DNA from: Eledone cirrhosa
Taxonomy: Eukaryota
Direction: 5' to 3'
DNA length: 64,000 bases
Assembly (NCBI GenBank): GCA_964016885.1
Contig: OZ024740.1
Location: 173,848,001 to 173,912,000, forward strand
In this document: one piece after another, positions 63,701 through 64,000 of the stretch
Position numbering within the stretch: the stretch's first letter is position 1
Layout of the letters: the number at the start of each line of letters is the position of its first letter
Notes under the pieces: model-generated
Seen by the model: only the letters and a program-made list of their open reading frames with translations
The model's database searches: none
What the model was told of the DNA's origin: nothing
Translations under genes and position numbers: made by a program

Positions 63701-63736
63701 AAAGACGATCGCAAAAAGACAAGGAATTTTCATCAT
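50547..63736 (-). CDS. Hc: Molluscan (octopod-type) hemocyanin subunit, complete 12-exon gene, 7 functional units a-g, 2918 aa
   Basis: Seven repeats of HG..C..CCxHG..FPxWHR / PYWDW / HN..H / DPxF..HH copper-site motifs; 12 exons joined at GT-AG sites give 8757 nt in frame. Confidence 0.96.
51969..52551 (-). CDS. Hc: Hemocyanin exon 11, FU-f second part
   Basis: Starts VDRLW after AG (phase 0); donor GT at 51968-51967. Confidence 0.92.
52881..53539 (-). CDS. Hc: Hemocyanin exon 10, FU-f first part
   Basis: RRNV...CCLHG...IHHSM then GT. Confidence 0.92.
53639..53879 (-). CDS. Hc: Hemocyanin exon 9, FU-e second part
   Basis: ICNEAGEC...LGGSAEMPWAFDRL; GT-AG borders. Confidence 0.9.
54182..55200 (-). 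CDS. Hc: Hemocyanin exon 8, FU-e first part
   Basis: RKNV...CCLHGMATFPHWHR...ATFD then GTAAG. Confidence 0.92.
55626..56873 (-). CDS. Hc: Hemocyanin exon 7, FU-d
   Basis: Whole FU in one exon, phase-1 introns on both sides. Confidence 0.93.
57172..58413 (-). CDS. Hc: Hemocyanin exon 6, FU-c
   Basis: Whole FU in one exon, phase-1 introns on both sides. Confidence 0.93.
58603..59384 (-). CDS. Hc: Hemocyanin exon 5, FU-b second part
   Basis: Phase-2 junction AG|A gives DAR-LFEQ; donor GTAAG. Confidence 0.92.
60206..60668 (-). CDS. Hc: Hemocyanin exon 4, FU-b first part
   Basis: VRKDL...CCTHGMATFPHWHR; GT-AG borders. Confidence 0.92.
61176..62408 (-). CDS. Hc: Hemocyanin exon 3, FU-a
   Basis: NLHRKNVDNLSEEEVLNLQVALR resembles the octopus FU-a N-terminus; donor GTGAG. 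Confidence 0.94.
62940..63118 (+). mobile_element. tRNA-derived SINE in hemocyanin intron 2
   Basis: B-box-like GAGTTCAAATCC at ~63013-63024; 3' part shared with 47636-47720. Confidence 0.7.
63450..63477 (-). CDS. Hc: Hemocyanin exon 2 (28 nt), signal peptide second half
   Basis: tttAG|FWLSGQSAE-G|GTaat; phases 0 and 1 fit the neighbouring exons. Confidence 0.85.
63698..63736 (-). CDS. Hc: Hemocyanin exon 1 coding part, signal peptide first half
   Basis: MMKIPCLFAIVFA then GTAAGT. Confidence 0.87.
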
Positions 63737-63803
63737 GACTCTTTAACGGTAGTGTTGAGTCTTCTGCTGAAGGCCACACTGTTGAATCATGTCGAAGGGA
63801 CAC

Positions 63804-63811
63804 CTTTTATA
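63804..63811 (-). promoter_or_regulatory. TATA box of the hemocyanin gene
   Basis: TATAAAAG on the minus strand, ~70 nt upstream of the ATG. Confidence 0.7.
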
Positions 63812-64000
63812 ACCAATTAAGCAATGCTTTGTTGGCAGTGCAATAATTATATGGCACGTATGCCTGTTTAAACAATAAATCTTAATTATGACATATCATA
63901 AGATCTACAAAGTCAAAACAACATATTGCAGTATCTTTTGCAAATATAATAGATTAATATCTTATTGAATACTACTTCAAATTTTGTTCTATTACGTCAA

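Overview
AT-rich eukaryotic DNA, very likely from an octopod cephalopod, in two parts. Bases ~1-45,600 are a nest of retroelements embedded in (TA)n/(CA)n microsatellites. It holds at least eight coding copies or fragments of Penelope-like elements (PLEs; RT plus C-terminal GIY-YIG endonuclease) from several families, many non-coding PLE 3' ends, one CR1-group LINE whose ORF1 appears to be Myb/SANT plus CCCH finger, and many fold-back inverted repeats. Folding by hand shows about 19 type I hammerhead ribozyme motifs on both strands, some with non-canonical cores (UUGAAAA, UUGAAAA+GCAA, CCGAAGA). Two diverged ~450-470 nt non-coding hammerhead units with direct terminal redundancy look like a cephalopod retrozyme family. 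Bases ~50,500-63,800 hold a complete minus-strand hemocyanin gene: TATA box, 12 coding exons, split signal peptide, seven functional units a-g, 8,757 coding nt, 2,918 aa. An RTE-type LINE fragment and SINE copies lie nearby. Most short ORFs in the supplied track are microsatellite artefacts. All folds and alignments were done by eye; no database search was run.
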